64,000 bases of DNA from a plasmid, in sequence record NZ_CP070571.1, one strand, 5' to 3'. The position numbers were made by a program, and so were the translations under genes. Below the pieces are notes generated by a model. That model ran no database searches. It had not been told where the DNA came from and saw nothing but the letters and a program-made list of their open reading frames with translations. How positions within the stretch are numbered: the first letter of the stretch is position 1; each line of letters opens with the position of its first letter. Shown one piece after another: positions 1 to 10,115 of the stretch.

Positions 1-27
1 TGTACAAAAAAACAGTCATAACAAGCC

Positions 28-1041
28 ATGAAAACCGCCACTGCGCCGTTACCACCGCTGCGTTCGGTCAAGGTTCTGGACCAGTTGCGTGAGCGCATAC
101 GCTACTTGCATTACAGTTTACGAACCGAACAGGCTTATGTCCACTGGGTTCGTGCCTTCATCCGTTTCCACGGTGTGCGTCACCCGGCAACCTTGGGCAG
201 CAGCGAAGTCGAGGCATTTCTGTCCTGGCTGGCGAACGAGCGCAAGGTTTCGGTCTCCACGCATCGTCAGGCATTGGCGGCCTTGCTGTTCTTCTACGGC
301 AAGGTGCTGTGCACGGATCTGCCCTGGCTTCAGGAGATCGGAAGACCTCGGCCGTCGCGGCGCTTGCCGGTGGTGCTGACCCCGGATGAAGTGGTTCGCA
401 TCCTCGGTTTTCTGGAAGGCGAGCATCGTTTGTTCGCCCAGCTTCTGTATGGAACGGGCATGCGGATCAGTGAGGGTTTGCAACTGCGGGTCAAGGATCT
501 GGATTTCGATCACGGCACGATCATCGTGCGGGAGGGCAAGGGCTCCAAGGATCGGGCCTTGATGTTACCCGAGAGCTTGGCACCCAGCCTGCGCGAGCAG
601 CTGTCGCGTGCACGGGCATGGTGGCTGAAGGACCAGGCCGAGGGCCGCAGCGGCGTTGCGCTTCCCGACGCCCTTGAGCGGAAGTATCCGCGCGCCGGGC
701 ATTCCTGGCCGTGGTTCTGGGTTTTTGCGCAGCACACGCATTCGACCGATCCACGGAGCGGTGTCGTGCGTCGCCATCACATGTATGACCAGACCTTTCA
801 GCGCGCCTTCAAACGTGCCGTAGAACAAGCAGGCATCACGAAGCCCGCCACACCGCACACCCTCCGCCACTCGTTCGCGACGGCCTTGCTCCGCAGCGGT
901 TACGACATTCGAACCGTGCAGGATCTGCTCGGCCATTCCGACGTCTCTACGACGATGATTTACACGCATGTGCTGAAAGTTGGCGGTGCCGGAGTGCGCT
1001 CACCGCTTGATGCGCTGCCGCCCCTCACTAGTGAGAGGTAG
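28..1041 (+). CDS. intI1: class 1 integron integrase IntI1 (tyrosine recombinase)
   Basis: 337-aa ORF. N-term [29 protein letters not shown] and C-term tyrosine-recombinase motifs (HxLRHSFAT...[13 protein letters not shown]) match canonical IntI1 by recall. Confidence 0.95.
115..143 (-). promoter_or_regulatory. Pc cassette promoter inside intI1, PcH1-like (-35 TGGACA 138-143, -10 TAAACT 115-120, 17-bp spacer), firing toward attI1/cassettes left of the window
   Basis: Minus strand reads TGGACATAAGCCTGTTCGGTTCGTAAACT at the expected place within intI1. Confidence 0.55.
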
Positions 1042-1218
1042 GGCAGCGCAAGTCAATCCTGGCGGATTCACTACCCCTGCGCGAAGGCCATCGGTGCCGC
1101 ATCGAACGGCCGGTTGCGGAAAGTCCTCCCTGCGTCCGCTGATGGCCGGCAGCAGCCCGTCGTTGCCTGATGGATCCAACCCCTCCGCTGCTATAGTGCA
1201 GTCGGCTTCTGACGTTCA

Positions 1219-1243
1219 GTGCAGCCGTCTTCTGAAAACGACA
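1219..1243. repeat. IRi, 25-bp inverted repeat at the intI1 end of the class 1 integron
   Basis: gtgcagccgtcttctgaaaacgaca is the reverse complement of TGTCGTTTTCAGAAGACGGCTGCAC. It directly abuts the tnpM ATG. Confidence 0.8.
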
Positions 1244-1594
1244 ATGGAGGTGGTAGCCGAGGGTGTGGAAACACCCGACTGCCTTGCGTGGTTGCGGCAG
1301 GCGGGTTGCGACACGGTGCAGGGTTTCCTGTTCGCCAGGCCGATGCCGGCGGCGGCCTTCGTCGGCTTCGTCAACCAATGGAGGAACACCACCATGAACG
1401 CCAATGAACCGAGCACCAGTTGCTGCGTGTGCTGCAAGGAAATCCCGCTCGATGCCGCCTTCACGCCGGAAGGGGCCGAGTACGTGGAGCATTTCTGCGG
1501 GCTGGAGTGCTATCAGCGCTTCCAGGCGCGGGCCAGCACTGCGACCGAAACCAGCGTCAAACCGGACGCTTGTGATTCGCCGCCGTCAGGTTGA
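1244..1594 (+). CDS. tnpM: TnpM-like protein (C-terminal remnant of urf2 created by integron insertion)
   Basis: 116 codons from the ATG at 1244, [28 protein letters not shown]..., as in Tn21. The 204-aa ORF 980-1594 is read-through across IRi. Confidence 0.75.
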
Positions 1595-1769
1595 GGCATA
1601 CCCTAACTTGATGTCAGGCAGGGCCGCGCCGCTTCGTCAGAATAGAGTCTGCTTTCCCATTTTTTGACACATGCCCGCGAAGGTTATAGATTTCAGCCTG
1701 ACAGAAATGGGCTTTGAGGCACAACGGAACAGAAAGTGCACTTAAGCCGCCTTCAACCAAGGAGACATC
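1595..1769. promoter_or_regulatory. res (resolution) site region between tnpM and tnpR
   Basis: Positional, by analogy to Tn21-subfamily organisation. Sub-sites not mapped. Confidence 0.45.
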
Positions 1770-2330
1770 GTGCAGGGGCACCGCATCGGCTACGTCCGGG
1801 TCAGCAGCTTTGACCAGAACCCGGAACGCCAGCTGGAACAAACCCAGGTGAGCAAGGTGTTCACCGACAAGGCATCGGGCAAGGACACCCAGCGCCCCCA
1901 GCTCGAAGCGCTGCTGAGCTTCGTCCGCGAAGGCGATACAGTGGTGGTGCACAGCATGGATCGGCTGGCCCGCAACCTCGATGACCTGCGTCGCTTGGTA
2001 CAGAAGCTGACTCAGCGCGGCGTGCGCATCGAGTTCCTGAAGGAGGGCCTGGTGTTCACTGGCGAGGACTCGCCGATGGCCAACCTGATGCTGTCGGTGA
2101 TGGGGGCCTTCGCTGAGTTCGAGCGCGCCCTGATCCGCGAGCGGCAGCGTGAGGGCATCGCCTTGGCCAAGCAGCGTGGCGCGTACCGGGGCCGCAAGAA
2201 AGCCCTGTCCGATGAGCAGGCTGCTACCCTGCGGCAGCGAGCGACGGCCGGCGAGCCCAAGGCGCAGCTTGCCCGCGAGTTCAACATCAGCCGGGAAACC
2301 CTCTACCAGTACCTCCGCACGGACGACTGA
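1770..2330 (+). CDS. tnpR: serine resolvase TnpR (Tn501/Tn1696-like)
   Basis: 186 aa with GTG start, MQGHRIGYVRVSSFDQNPERQ. The N-terminal catalytic Ser and C-terminal HTH are typical of Tn3-family resolvases. Confidence 0.9.
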   Translation: MQGHRIGYVRVSSFDQNPERQLEQTQVSKVFTDKASGKDTQRPQLEALLSFVREGDTVVVHSMDRLARNLDDLRRLVQKLTQRGVRIEFLKEGLVFTGEDSPMANLMLSVMGAFAEFERALIRERQREGIALAKQRGAYRGRKKALSDEQAATLRQRATAGEPKAQLAREFNISRETLYQYLRTDD

Positions 2331-2333
2331 CAC

Positions 2334-5300
2334 ATGCCGCGTCGCTTGATCCTCTCGGCCACGGAGCGGGACACCCTGCTTGCGCTGCCGGAAAGCCAGG
2401 ATGACCTGATCCGCTACTACACCTTCAACGACTCCGACCTGTCGCTGATCCGCCAGCGACGCGGCGACGCCAACCGCCTCGGCTTCGCCGTGCAGCTCTG
2501 CCTGCTGCGCTACCCCGGTTACGCGCTGGGAACCGACAGCGAGCTGCCCGAGCCGGTCATCCTGTGGGTGGCGAAGCAAGTCCAGGCCGAGCCGGCGAGC
2601 TGGGCAAAGTACGGCGAGCGCGACGTGACCCGTCGCGAGCATGCCCAGGAACTGCGCACCTACCTGCAACTGGCCCCGTTCGGCCTGTCCGACTTCCGCG
2701 CCCTGGTGCGCGAGCTAACCGAGCTGGCCCAGCAGACCGACAAAGGCTTGCTGCTGGCCGGTCAGGCCCTGGAGAGCCTACGGCAGAAACGACGCATCCT
2801 GCCGGCGCTGAGCGTGATTGACCGGGCCTGCTCGGAAGCCATTGCGCGAGCCAATCGGCGGGTCTACCGCGCCCTGGTCGAACCACTCACGGACTCGCAT
2901 CGGGCCAAGCTGGACGAGCTGTTGAAGCTCAAGGCCGGCAGCAGCATCACCTGGTTGACCTGGCTGCGCCAGGCACCGCTGAAACCCAACTCTCGGCACA
3001 TGCTGGAACACATCGAGCGGCTGAAGACATTTCAGTTGGTGGACTTGCCCGAAGGCCTGGGCCGGCACATCCACCAGAACCGCCTGCTCAAGCTGGCCCG
3101 CGAGGGTGGGCAGATGACGCCCAAAGACCTCGGTAAGTTCGAGCCGCAGCGCCGCTACGCGACCCTGGCCGCCGTGGTGCTGGAGAGCACCGCGACCGTG
3201 ATCGATGAGCTGGTCGATCTGCATGACCGCATCCTGGTCAAGCTGTTCAGCGGCGCGAAGCACAAGCATCAGCAGCAGTTCCAGAAGCAGGGCAAGGCGA
3301 TCAACGACAAGGTGCGCCTGTACTCCAGGATCGGCCAGGCGCTGCTGGAAGCGAAGGAAAGCGGCAGCGACCCCTATGCCGCCATCGAGGCGGTGATTCC
3401 CTGGGACGAGTTCACCGAGAGCGTCAGCGAGGCCGAGCTGCTGGCCCGGCCGGAAGGCTTCGACCACCTGCACCTGGTCGGCGAGAACTTCGCCACCCTG
3501 CGCCGTTACACGCCGGCCTTGCTGGAGGTGCTGGAACTGCGCGCCGCGCCGGCCGCGCAAGGCGTGCTGGCAGCCGTGCAGACCCTGCGTGAGATGAACG
3601 CCGACAACCTGCGCAAGGTGCCGGCCGATGCACCCACGGCCTTCATCAAGCCGCGCTGGAAGCCGCTGGTGATCACCCCGGAAGGCCTCGACCGGAAATT
3701 CTACGAAATCTGCGCCCTGTCCGAGCTGAAGAACGCCCTGCGCTCCGGCGACATCTGGGTCAAGGGCTCGCGGCAGTTCCGCGACTTCGACGACTACCTG
3801 CTGCCGGCCGAGAAGTTCGCCGCACTCAAGCGCGAGCAGGCCCTGCCCCTGGCGATCAACCCGAACAGCGACCAGTACCTGGAAGAGCGTTTGCAGCTGC
3901 TGGACGAGCAGTTGGCCACCGTCACCCGCCTGGCCAAGGACAACGAGCTGCCCGATGCCATCCTCACCGAGTCAGGGCTGAAAATCACCCCGCTGGATGC
4001 GGCGGTGCCGGATCGGGCGCAGGCGCTGATCGACCAAACCAGCCAGTTACTGCCGCGCATCAAGATCACCGAACTGCTGATGGACGTGGACGACTGGACG
4101 GGCTTCAGCCGCCACTTCACCCACTTGAAGGACGGGGCCGAGGCCAAAGACAGGACGTTGCTGCTGTCCGCAATCCTCGGTGATGCGATCAACCTCGGGC
4201 TGACCAAGATGGCCGAGTCGAGCCCCGGCCTGACCTACGCCAAGCTGTCCTGGCTGCAAGCCTGGCACATCCGCGACGAAACCTATTCGGCGGCCTTGGC
4301 CGAGCTGGTCAACCACCAGTATCGCCACGCCTTTGCCGCCCACTGGGGCGACGGCACGACCTCATCCTCCGATGGCCAGCGCTTCCGCGCGGGTGGCCGG
4401 GGCGAGAGCACCGGGCACGTCAACCCGAAGTACGGTAGCGAGCCGGGACGGCTGTTCTATACCCATATCTCCGACCAGTACGCGCCGTTCAGCACCCGCG
4501 TGGTGAATGTCGGCGTCCGCGATTCCACCTATGTGCTCGACGGCCTGCTGTACCACGAGTCCGACCTGCGGATCGAGGAGCACTACACCGACACGGCCGG
4601 CTTCACCGATCACGTCTTTGCCCTGATGCACCTGCTAGGCTTCCGCTTCGCGCCGCGCATCCGCGACCTCGGCGAAACCAAGCTGTACGTGCCGCAGGGC
4701 GTGCAAGCCTACCCGACGTTGCGCCCGCTGATCGGCGGCACCCTGAACATCAAGCACGTGCGTGCCCACTGGGACGACATCCTGCGCCTGGCCAGCTCGA
4801 TCAAGCAGGGCACCGTCACCGCCTCGCTGATGCTGCGCAAGCTCGGCAGCTACCCGCGCCAGAACGGACTGGCCGTGGCCCTGCGCGAGCTGGGCCGGAT
4901 CGAGCGCACGCTGTTCATCCTGGACTGGCTGCAAAGTGTTGAACTGCGCCGCCGCGTGCATGCCGGCCTGAACAAAGGTGAGGCGCGCAACTCGCTGGCC
5001 AGGGCGGTGTTCTTCAACCGCCTTGGGGAAATCAGGGATCGGAGCTTCGAGCAGCAGCGCTACCGGGCCAGCGGCCTCAACCTGGTGACGGCGGCTATCG
5101 TGCTGTGGAACACGGTGTACCTGGAACGCGCCACCCAGGGGTTGGTCGAGGCCGGCAAGCCGGTGGACGGCGAGCTGCTGCAATTCCTGTCGCCGCTGGG
5201 CTGGGAGCACATCAACCTAACCGGCGATTACGTCTGGCGGCAGAGCCGCAGACTGGAAGACGGGAAGTTTCGGCCCTTACGGATGCCCGGAAAACCTTAG
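2334..5300 (+). CDS. tnpA: Tn3-family transposase TnpA (Tn21 subfamily)
   Basis: 988 aa. C-terminal motifs [35 protein letters not shown] and an ending RMPGKP. The stop TAG lies inside the terminal IR. Confidence 0.9.
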   Translation: MPRRLILSATERDTLLALPESQDDLIRYYTFNDSDLSLIRQRRGDANRLGFAVQLCLLRYPGYALGTDSELPEPVILWVAKQVQAEPASWAKYGERDVTRREHAQELRTYLQLAPFGLSDFRALVRELTELAQQTDKGLLLAGQALESLRQKRRILPALSVIDRACSEAIARANRRVYRALVEPLTDSHRAKLDELLKLKAGSSITWLTWLRQAPLKPNSRHMLEHIERLKTFQLVDLPEGLGRHIHQNRLLKLAREGGQMTPKDLGKFEPQRRYATLAAVVLESTATVIDELVDLHDRILVKLFSGAKHKHQQQFQKQGKAINDKVRLYSRIGQALLEAKESGSDPYAAIEAVIPWDEFTESVSEAELLARPEGFDHLHLVGENFATLRRYTPALLEVLELRAAPAAQGVLAAVQTLREMNADNLRKVPADAPTAFIKPRWKPLVITPEGLDRKFYEICALSELKNALRSGDIWVKGSRQFRDFDDYLLPAEKFAALKREQALPLAINPNSDQYLEERLQLLDEQLATVTRLAKDNELPDAILTESGLKITPLDAAVPDRAQALIDQTSQLLPRIKITELLMDVDDWTGFSRHFTHLKDGAEAKDRTLLLSAILGDAINLGLTKMAESSPGLTYAKLSWLQAWHIRDETYSAALAELVNHQYRHAFAAHWGDGTTSSSDGQRFRAGGRGESTGHVNPKYGSEPGRLFYTHISDQYAPFSTRVVNVGVRDSTYVLDGLLYHESDLRIEEHYTDTAGFTDHVFALMHLLGFRFAPRIRDLGETKLYVPQGVQAYPTLRPLIGGTLNIKHVRAHWDDILRLASSIKQGTVTASLMLRKLGSYPRQNGLAVALRELGRIERTLFILDWLQSVELRRRVHAGLNKGEARNSLARAVFFNRLGEIRDRSFEQQRYRASGLNLVTAAIVLWNTVYLERATQGLVEAGKPVDGELLQFLSPLGWEHINLTGDYVWRQSRRLEDGKFRPLRMPGKP

Positions 5301-5333
5301 CGTACGATTTTTTCCGAATTCTGCGGGCTCCCC
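5296..5333. repeat. 38-bp terminal inverted repeat of the Tn21-subfamily transposon (Tn501/Tn1696-type sequence)
   Basis: cttagcgtacgattttttccgaattctgcgggctcccc is the reverse complement of GGGGAGCCCGCAGAATTCGGAAAAAATCGTACGCTAAG. Confidence 0.8.
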
Positions 5334-5598
5334 TTAATGACCAGCACAGTCGTGATGGCAAGGTCAGAATAGCGCTGAGGTCTGCCTCGTGAAGAAGGTG
5401 TTGCTGACTCATACCAGGCCTGAATAGCTTCATCATCCAGCCAGAAAGTTATGGAGCCACGGTTGATGAGGGCTTTATTGTAGGTGGGCCAGTTGGTTAT
5501 TTTGAACTTTTGCTTTGCCACGGAACGGTCTGCGTTGTCGGGAAGATGCGTGATCTGATCCTTCAACTCAGCAAAAGTTCGATTTATTCAACAAAGCC
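5334..5598 (-). mobile_element. IS903-group (IS5 family) left-end fragment with transposase N-terminus, truncated by the Tn21-like IR
   Basis: Ends ...caacaaagcc at 5598 (IR GGCTTTGTTGAATAAATCG). The ORF MKDQITHLPDNADRSVAKQKFKITNWPTYNKALINRG is near-identical to the first ~83 aa of the 6674-7642 transposase; the last 6 called residues run into the adjacent Tn21-type IR. Confidence 0.8.
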
Positions 5599-5903
5599 CA
5601 TTCAGTCCTCAATTTGTGCATTTTTTAAACGAAAAAAGGGTGTCTAATACGGTGAAATCATAGTATTACCAAAGTAATAAATAAAAAGTTATTTAAATCA
5701 GTAATTTAGATTTGATTTGTAATACCTGGGTAATACCGCAGCATGGCTAAATTTTGTTTTTTTTCTTTTAAATCAGTGCGATAGCGTGATTTATCACGCT
5801 GCGTTAGGTGTATAGCAGGTTAAGGGATAAAAAATCATCTTTTTTTGGTAGGGCGATCTCCGTAGGTTAAGGGGCATTTGGCTAAAAAGCGTCCTATTCT
5901 TTG

Positions 5904-5925
5904 ATGGTCATGCTTGCATGACCAT
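5904..5925. promoter_or_regulatory. perfect palindrome ATGGTCATGC-TT-GCATGACCAT in an oriT-like region (compare backbone palindrome at 30339-30358)
   Basis: Seen directly. Same CATGC-NN-GCATG core as the backbone oriT. Confidence 0.5.
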
Positions 5926-5939
5926 CTGAGCAACCAAAA

Positions 5940-6092
5940 ACTACAGATAAACTACAGATAAACTACAAAAAACGTTTTGCCTTAGTGTTGTAAGACTACA
6001 AATAGACTACAATAAAACTACAAATAAACTACAAAAAAACGTGACAGACTACAAATAGACTACAATAAAACTACAGATAAACTACAAAACTC
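5940..6092. repeat. array of ACTACA(R)ATA(R)ACTACAA direct repeats (putative StbA-binding centromere/oriT repeats)
   Basis: At least 10 ACTACA units, followed by -35 TTGACC and stbA-like gene. Mirrors the repeat array at 30198-30326. Confidence 0.6.
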
Positions 6093-6147
6093 GATTGACC
6101 CCTTCTTACGAGTGTTGTAGAGTCATTTTCATACAACGGAGGGGGTT

Positions 6148-6534
6148 ATGAATAAACCAGCAGATCTGAAACCCCGCAACTTATCGGCTGCTGTCAGATT
6201 GCGCCTAAATGAAATCGAGAACTGGCTGGACAGAGGGCTAACGCGGCATGAAATTGCTGAAATCCTCGACAGCGAATACAGCTTTTCGGTAACAGCCAAA
6301 GGGCTTGAGATGGCACTGTATAGAACGCGGCAAAACCGAAAAAATGTATTGCACAATACGCATGATAAGAGTAGCGCGAAGGGTGCAGCGGAAAGTGTAT
6401 TGCACAATACACAACCGTCTGAGCCTGAAGTGCAGGAAAGTAAAAAAGCAGAGAGTCCCGGCATTATTGATAAAGAATTCTTCAAGAAAATCGGTGAGAA
6501 TTTCGACCCTAAGAAGTTCAACAAAAAATTCTGA
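6148..6534 (+). CDS. StbA-like DNA-binding partition/stability protein (second, divergent paralogue)
   Basis: 128 aa, MNKPADLKPRNLSAAVRLRLNEIENWLDRGLTRHEIAEILDSEYSFSV. About 65% identical over the N-terminal half to the 29705-30139 product. Confidence 0.7.
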   Translation: MNKPADLKPRNLSAAVRLRLNEIENWLDRGLTRHEIAEILDSEYSFSVTAKGLEMALYRTRQNRKNVLHNTHDKSSAKGAAESVLHNTQPSEPEVQESKKAESPGIIDKEFFKKIGENFDPKKFNKKF

Positions 6535-6542
6535 GGTGATTT

Positions 6543-6617
6543 ATGAAAGTAGCGGTAATTAATTACAGTGGCAGTGTTCGTAAAACCTTAATTTCATCTT
6601 ACCTGTTAGCCCCGCGC
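6543..6617 (+). pseudogene. stbB-like ParA-type ATPase gene, first 25 codons only, truncated by IS903B
   Basis: MKVAVINYSGSVRKTLISSYLLAPR parallels the MKIAVMNYSGSVGKTIISSYLLYPR start of the 28982-29692 product. It is cut at the IS903B IR. Confidence 0.7.
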
Positions 6618-7674
6618 GGCTTTGTTGAATAAATCAGATTTCGGGTAAGTCTCCCCCGTAGCGGGTTGTGTTTTCAGGCAATACGCACGCTTTCAGGCAT
6701 ACCTGCTTTCGTCATTTTGTTCAGCGCTCGTACCAGGGCCATAGCCTCTGCAACCTGACCATCGTAGTCACGCAGTGTCAGTGAACCTCCGAACAGCTGT
6801 TTTACCCGGTACATCGCCGTTTCCGCTATCGAGCGACGGTTGTAATCTGTTGTCCATTTCCACCGCGCATTACTCCCGGTCAGCCGCTGATTCGCAACAG
6901 CACGGTTACGGTCTGCATATTCACCGGGCCAGTAACCCGCGCCTTTTCGGGGCGGGATAAGCGCGCTGATTTTCTTACGCCGCAGTTCATCGTGACAGAG
7001 TTGGGTGTCGTAAGCGCCGTCTGCCGATGCTGCCCTGATTTTTCTGTGAGTCTGCCGGATAAGACCCGGGAAGGCTTCTGAGTCCGTCACATTGTTCAGC
7101 GACAGGTTTGCACAGATGATTTCATGTGTGTTGCTGTCAACTGCCAGATGCAACTTTCGCCATATACGACGGCGTTCCTGGCCATGCTTTTTGACTTTCC
7201 ATTCGCCTTCACCAAAGACCTTCAGCCCGGTGGAATCAATCACCAGATGCGCGATTTCACCCCGGGTGAACGTTTTGAAACTGACATTAACCGACTTTGC
7301 GCGCTTGCTGACACTGGTGTAATCCGGGCAGCGCAACGGAACATTCATCAGTGTAAAAATGGAATCAATAAAACCCTGTGCAGCCCGCAGGGTCAACCTG
7401 AACACGCGTTTAATGACCAGAACGGTGGTGATGGCGAGATCAGAATAGCGCTGAGGTCTTCCCCGTGATGAAGGCGTTGCCGACTCATACCAGGCCTGAA
7501 TAGCTTCATCATCCAGCCAGAAAGTTATGGAGCCACGGTTGATGAGGGCTTTATTGTAGGTGGGCCAGTTGGTTATTTTGAACTTTTGCTTTGCCACGGA
7601 ATGGTCTGCGTTGTCGGGAAGATGCGTGATCTGATCCTTCAACTCAGCAAAAGTTCGATTTATTCAACAAAGCC
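6618..7674 (-). mobile_element. IS903B-like insertion sequence (IS5 family), complete at 1057 bp, no flanking 9-bp duplication
   Basis: GGCTTTGTTGAATAAATC inverted ends at both termini. Flanks gccccgcgc and gtctgtgtt differ. Confidence 0.9.
6674..7642 (-). CDS. IS903B transposase (DDE, IS5 family)
   Basis: 322-aa ORF entirely within the IS. Confidence 0.9.
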   Translation of the reverse strand: MKDQITHLPDNADHSVAKQKFKITNWPTYNKALINRGSITFWLDDEAIQAWYESATPSSRGRPQRYSDLAITTVLVIKRVFRLTLRAAQGFIDSIFTLMNVPLRCPDYTSVSKRAKSVNVSFKTFTRGEIAHLVIDSTGLKVFGEGEWKVKKHGQERRRIWRKLHLAVDSNTHEIICANLSLNNVTDSEAFPGLIRQTHRKIRAASADGAYDTQLCHDELRRKKISALIPPRKGAGYWPGEYADRNRAVANQRLTGSNARWKWTTDYNRRSIAETAMYRVKQLFGGSLTLRDYDGQVAEAMALVRALNKMTKAGMPESVRIA

Positions 7675-8165
7675 GTCTGTGTTGTAAAATGGCGCCGAAA
7701 GCCCGGCGTAGCCGGTTGCCGGGCTATAAATTCTGCCACCCTACCCCCTGCCCTGATTAGCCTTAACTCGCGAACAGCAATGAAGAAGTCAAAGTAATCC
7801 CTTTTAACCCCGGTGAGCGGGCTTTACGGCGTTTACGACGTAAAGGGCGTGATTTCCGGGGCCTAAGCGGCGGCAGCTTGCTGCTGACGCTTAGGGGGAT
7901 GTTCATCAACTATTTCAGCGACACCAGGGAACTTAACACGGTAGCTGCAAAGCCCTAATCCCGCTCACCGCCACGCAGCTGCCGTACGTCCCCCACGGGG
8001 GTGCGCAGTGCTGCGCGCGGGAACGGCGGCCCGTCTGCGGGACGCGGCGCCGTACTGCGCGTTAGCGGCCGCACGCGGCCGGTTACGGGGGACACTCCGC
8101 CATACGACCAGCGACCCGCTGAGCTGCACAATCCACAGATAACACAAGCTACATACATGTCGATA

Positions 8166-8996
8166 TGGGAATCGGCCCACCTTGCCGGGCGCCGGTGCCG
8201 TGTGGAAATCCGCCCACCTTGCCGCGCGCCGGTGCCGTGTGGGAATCCGCCCACCTTGCCGCGCGCCGGTGCCGTGTGGGAATCCGCCCACCTTGCCGGG
8301 CGCCGGTGCTGTGTGGAAATCCGCCCACCTTGCCGCGCGCCGGTGCCGTGTGGGAATCCGCCCACCTTGCCGCGCGCCGGTGCCGTGTGGGAATCCGCCC
8401 ACCTTGCCGGGCGCCGGTGCTGTGTGGAAATCCGCCCACCTTACCGGGCGCCGGTGCCGTGTGGGAATCCGCCCACCTTACCGGGCGCCGGTGCCGTGTG
8501 GGAATCCGCCCACCTTACCGGGCGCCGGTGCTGTGTGGAAATCCGCCCACCTTGCCGCGCGCCGGTGCCGTGTGGGAATCCGCCCACCTTGCCGCGCGCC
8601 GGTGCCGTGTGGGAATCCGCCCACCTTGCCGGGCGCCGGTGCTGTGTGGAAATCCGCCCACCTTGCCGCGCGCCGGTGCCGTGTGGGAATCCGCCCACCT
8701 TGCCGCGCGCCGGTGCCGTGTGGGAATCCGCCCACCTTGCCGGGCGCCGGTGCTGTGTGGAAATCCGCCCACCTTACCGGGCGCCGGTGCTGTGTGGAAA
8801 TCCGCCCATCTTGCCGGGCGCCGGTGCCGTGTGGGAATCCGCCCACCTTGCCGGGCGCCGGTGCTGTGTGGAAATCCGCCCACCTTACCGGGCGCCGGTG
8901 CTGTGTGGAAATCCGCCCATCTTGCCGGGCGCCGGTGCCGTGTGGGAATCCGCCCACCTTACCGGGCGCCGGTGCTGTGTGGAAATCCGCCCATCT
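8166..8996. repeat. tandem array of about 22 copies of a 37-bp iteron-like unit (TGGGAATCCGCCCACCTTGCCGSGCGCCGGTGCCGTG)
   Basis: Seen directly. Head-to-tail copies without spacers, with A/G and C/T microvariants. Lies next to a truncated Rep_3 repA fragment. Confidence 0.85.
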
Positions 8997-9044
8997 TCAT
9001 GACAAAAATTTGTCAAATGACAGGCTCATGTGTGCTGATTTATG

Positions 9045-9347
9045 TCAGACGGGATTTTGCTTATCAATTATTGAGAACAGAAATTTTCCTGAATCATCAA
9101 TACTATACTTAGCAAGTAAAGGTGTTTTCTCATTTATCTGCTTGAGTGCAGGATCAAGGAAAGATCGTTTCAACTCTGCCAAGTTCTTCTGCTGGGATTC
9201 CGGTAAGACGAAACGGTCATTTAACCAAGCATGAGTAGTAACCCATAAGCCTGAAGATTTGAATTGAGCAAGACTTTCATAAAGGCGGATCGTCCGGGGA
9301 TTTCGAAGACTGCCACAATCGCGGAGCGAGTAGGTGGTGAACTGGTT
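9045..9347 (-). pseudogene. C-terminal 100 codons of a second Rep_3-family replication initiator (repA-prime), 5-prime truncated by IS1
   Basis: Minus-strand translation NQFTTYSLRDCGSLRNPRTIRLYESLAQFKSSGLWVTTHAWL...INEKTPLLAKYSIDDSGKFLFSIIDKQNPV aligns with the C-terminus of the 16929-17795 RepA (QFTTYSLYDCGQLNSVRVIRLYESL...). Confidence 0.75.
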
Positions 9348-9362
9348 GGTAATGACTCCAAC

Positions 9363-9866
9363 TTACTGATAGTGTTTTATGTTCAGATAATGCCCGATGA
9401 CTTTGTCATGCAGCGCCACCGATTTTGAGAACGACAGTGACTTCCTGCCCAGCCTTGCCAGATGCTGCCTCAGATTCTGGTTATGCCGCTCAATTCGCTG
9501 CGTATATCGCTTGCTGATAACGTGCAGTTCTCCCTTCAGGCGGGATTCATAAAGCGGCCAGCCATCCGTCATCCATACCACGACCTCAAAGGCCGACAGC
9601 AGGCCCGGAAGACGCTCCAGCGTGGCCAGAGTACGCTCACCAAAGACGCGTGCCACCACCGTCCTGCACATCCTGCCATAGGCGTAAAATAACCAGCGCT
9701 GACGTGATTTAGCCCCGACGTAGCCCCACTGTTCGTCCATTTCCGCGCAGACAATGACGTCACTGCCCGGTTGTATGCGTGAGGTTACCGACTGCGGTCT
9801 GAGTTTTTTAAGTGACGTAAAATCGTGTTGAGGCCAACGCCCATAATGCGGGCGGTTGCCCGGCAT
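9363..9866 (-). CDS. insB: IS1 InsB (expressed as an InsAB-prime frameshift product)
   Basis: 167-aa ORF with DDE transposase region, overlapping insA. Confidence 0.85.
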   Translation of the reverse strand: MPGNRPHYGRWPQHDFTSLKKLRPQSVTSRIQPGSDVIVCAEMDEQWGYVGAKSRQRWLFYAYGRMCRTVVARVFGERTLATLERLPGLLSAFEVVVWMTDGWPLYESRLKGELHVISKRYTQRIERHNQNLRQHLARLGRKSLSFSKSVALHDKVIGHYLNIKHYQ

Positions 9867-10060
9867 CCAACGCCATTCATGGCCATATCAATGATTTTCT
9901 GGTGCGTACCGGGCTGAGAGGCGGTGTAAGTGAACTGTAGCTGCCATGTTTTACGGCAGTGAGAGCAGAGATAGCGCTGATGTCCGGCAGTACTTTTACC
10001 GTTACGCACCACGCCTTCAGTAGCTGAGCAGGAGGGACAACTGATGGAGATGGAAGCCAC
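9785..10060 (-). CDS. insA: IS1 InsA
   Basis: 91 aa, [43 protein letters not shown]. Confidence 0.9.
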   Translation of the reverse strand: MASISISCPSCSATEGVVRNGKSTAGHQRYLCSHCRKTWQLQFTYTASQPGTHQKIIDMAMNGVGCRATARIMGVGLNTILRHLKNSDRSR

Positions 10061-10115
10061 TGGAGCACCTCAAAGACACCATCGTACACTAAATCAGTAA
10101 GTTGGCACCATTATC

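Larger units (their letters stand above)
9348..10115 (-). mobile_element. IS1 (768 bp, variant IRs ggtaatgactccaacttactgat / atcagtaagttggcaccattatc)
   Basis: InsA and InsB ORFs. Terminal IRs found. No target duplication. Confidence 0.9.

Noticed and set aside
980-1594. 204-aa ORF spanning the intI1 3-prime end, IRi and tnpM
   Set aside because: Read-through across the integron boundary. The biologically meaningful unit is tnpM from the ATG at 1244 immediately after IRi.
2778-5210. Antisense ORFs inside tnpA (2778-3560, 4635-5210 and others) and inside other large genes (e.g. 43187-43663, 36951-37352, 61882-62409)
   Set aside because: GC-rich antisense frames with no independent support. 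They overlap well-supported CDSs.
8166-8996. Possible CRISPR array (regular 37-bp repeats)
   Set aside because: Units are contiguous with no unique spacers between them, and no cas genes are nearby. The iteron interpretation fits the adjacent rep gene fragment.
8001-9234. Multiple long ORFs on both strands (e.g. 8001-9002, 8165-9112, 8182-9234, 8478-8957) with highly repetitive Pro/Gly/Ala-rich translations
   Set aside because: They lie entirely within the 37-bp tandem iteron array. The open frames are a by-product of a stop-free repeat unit, not genes.
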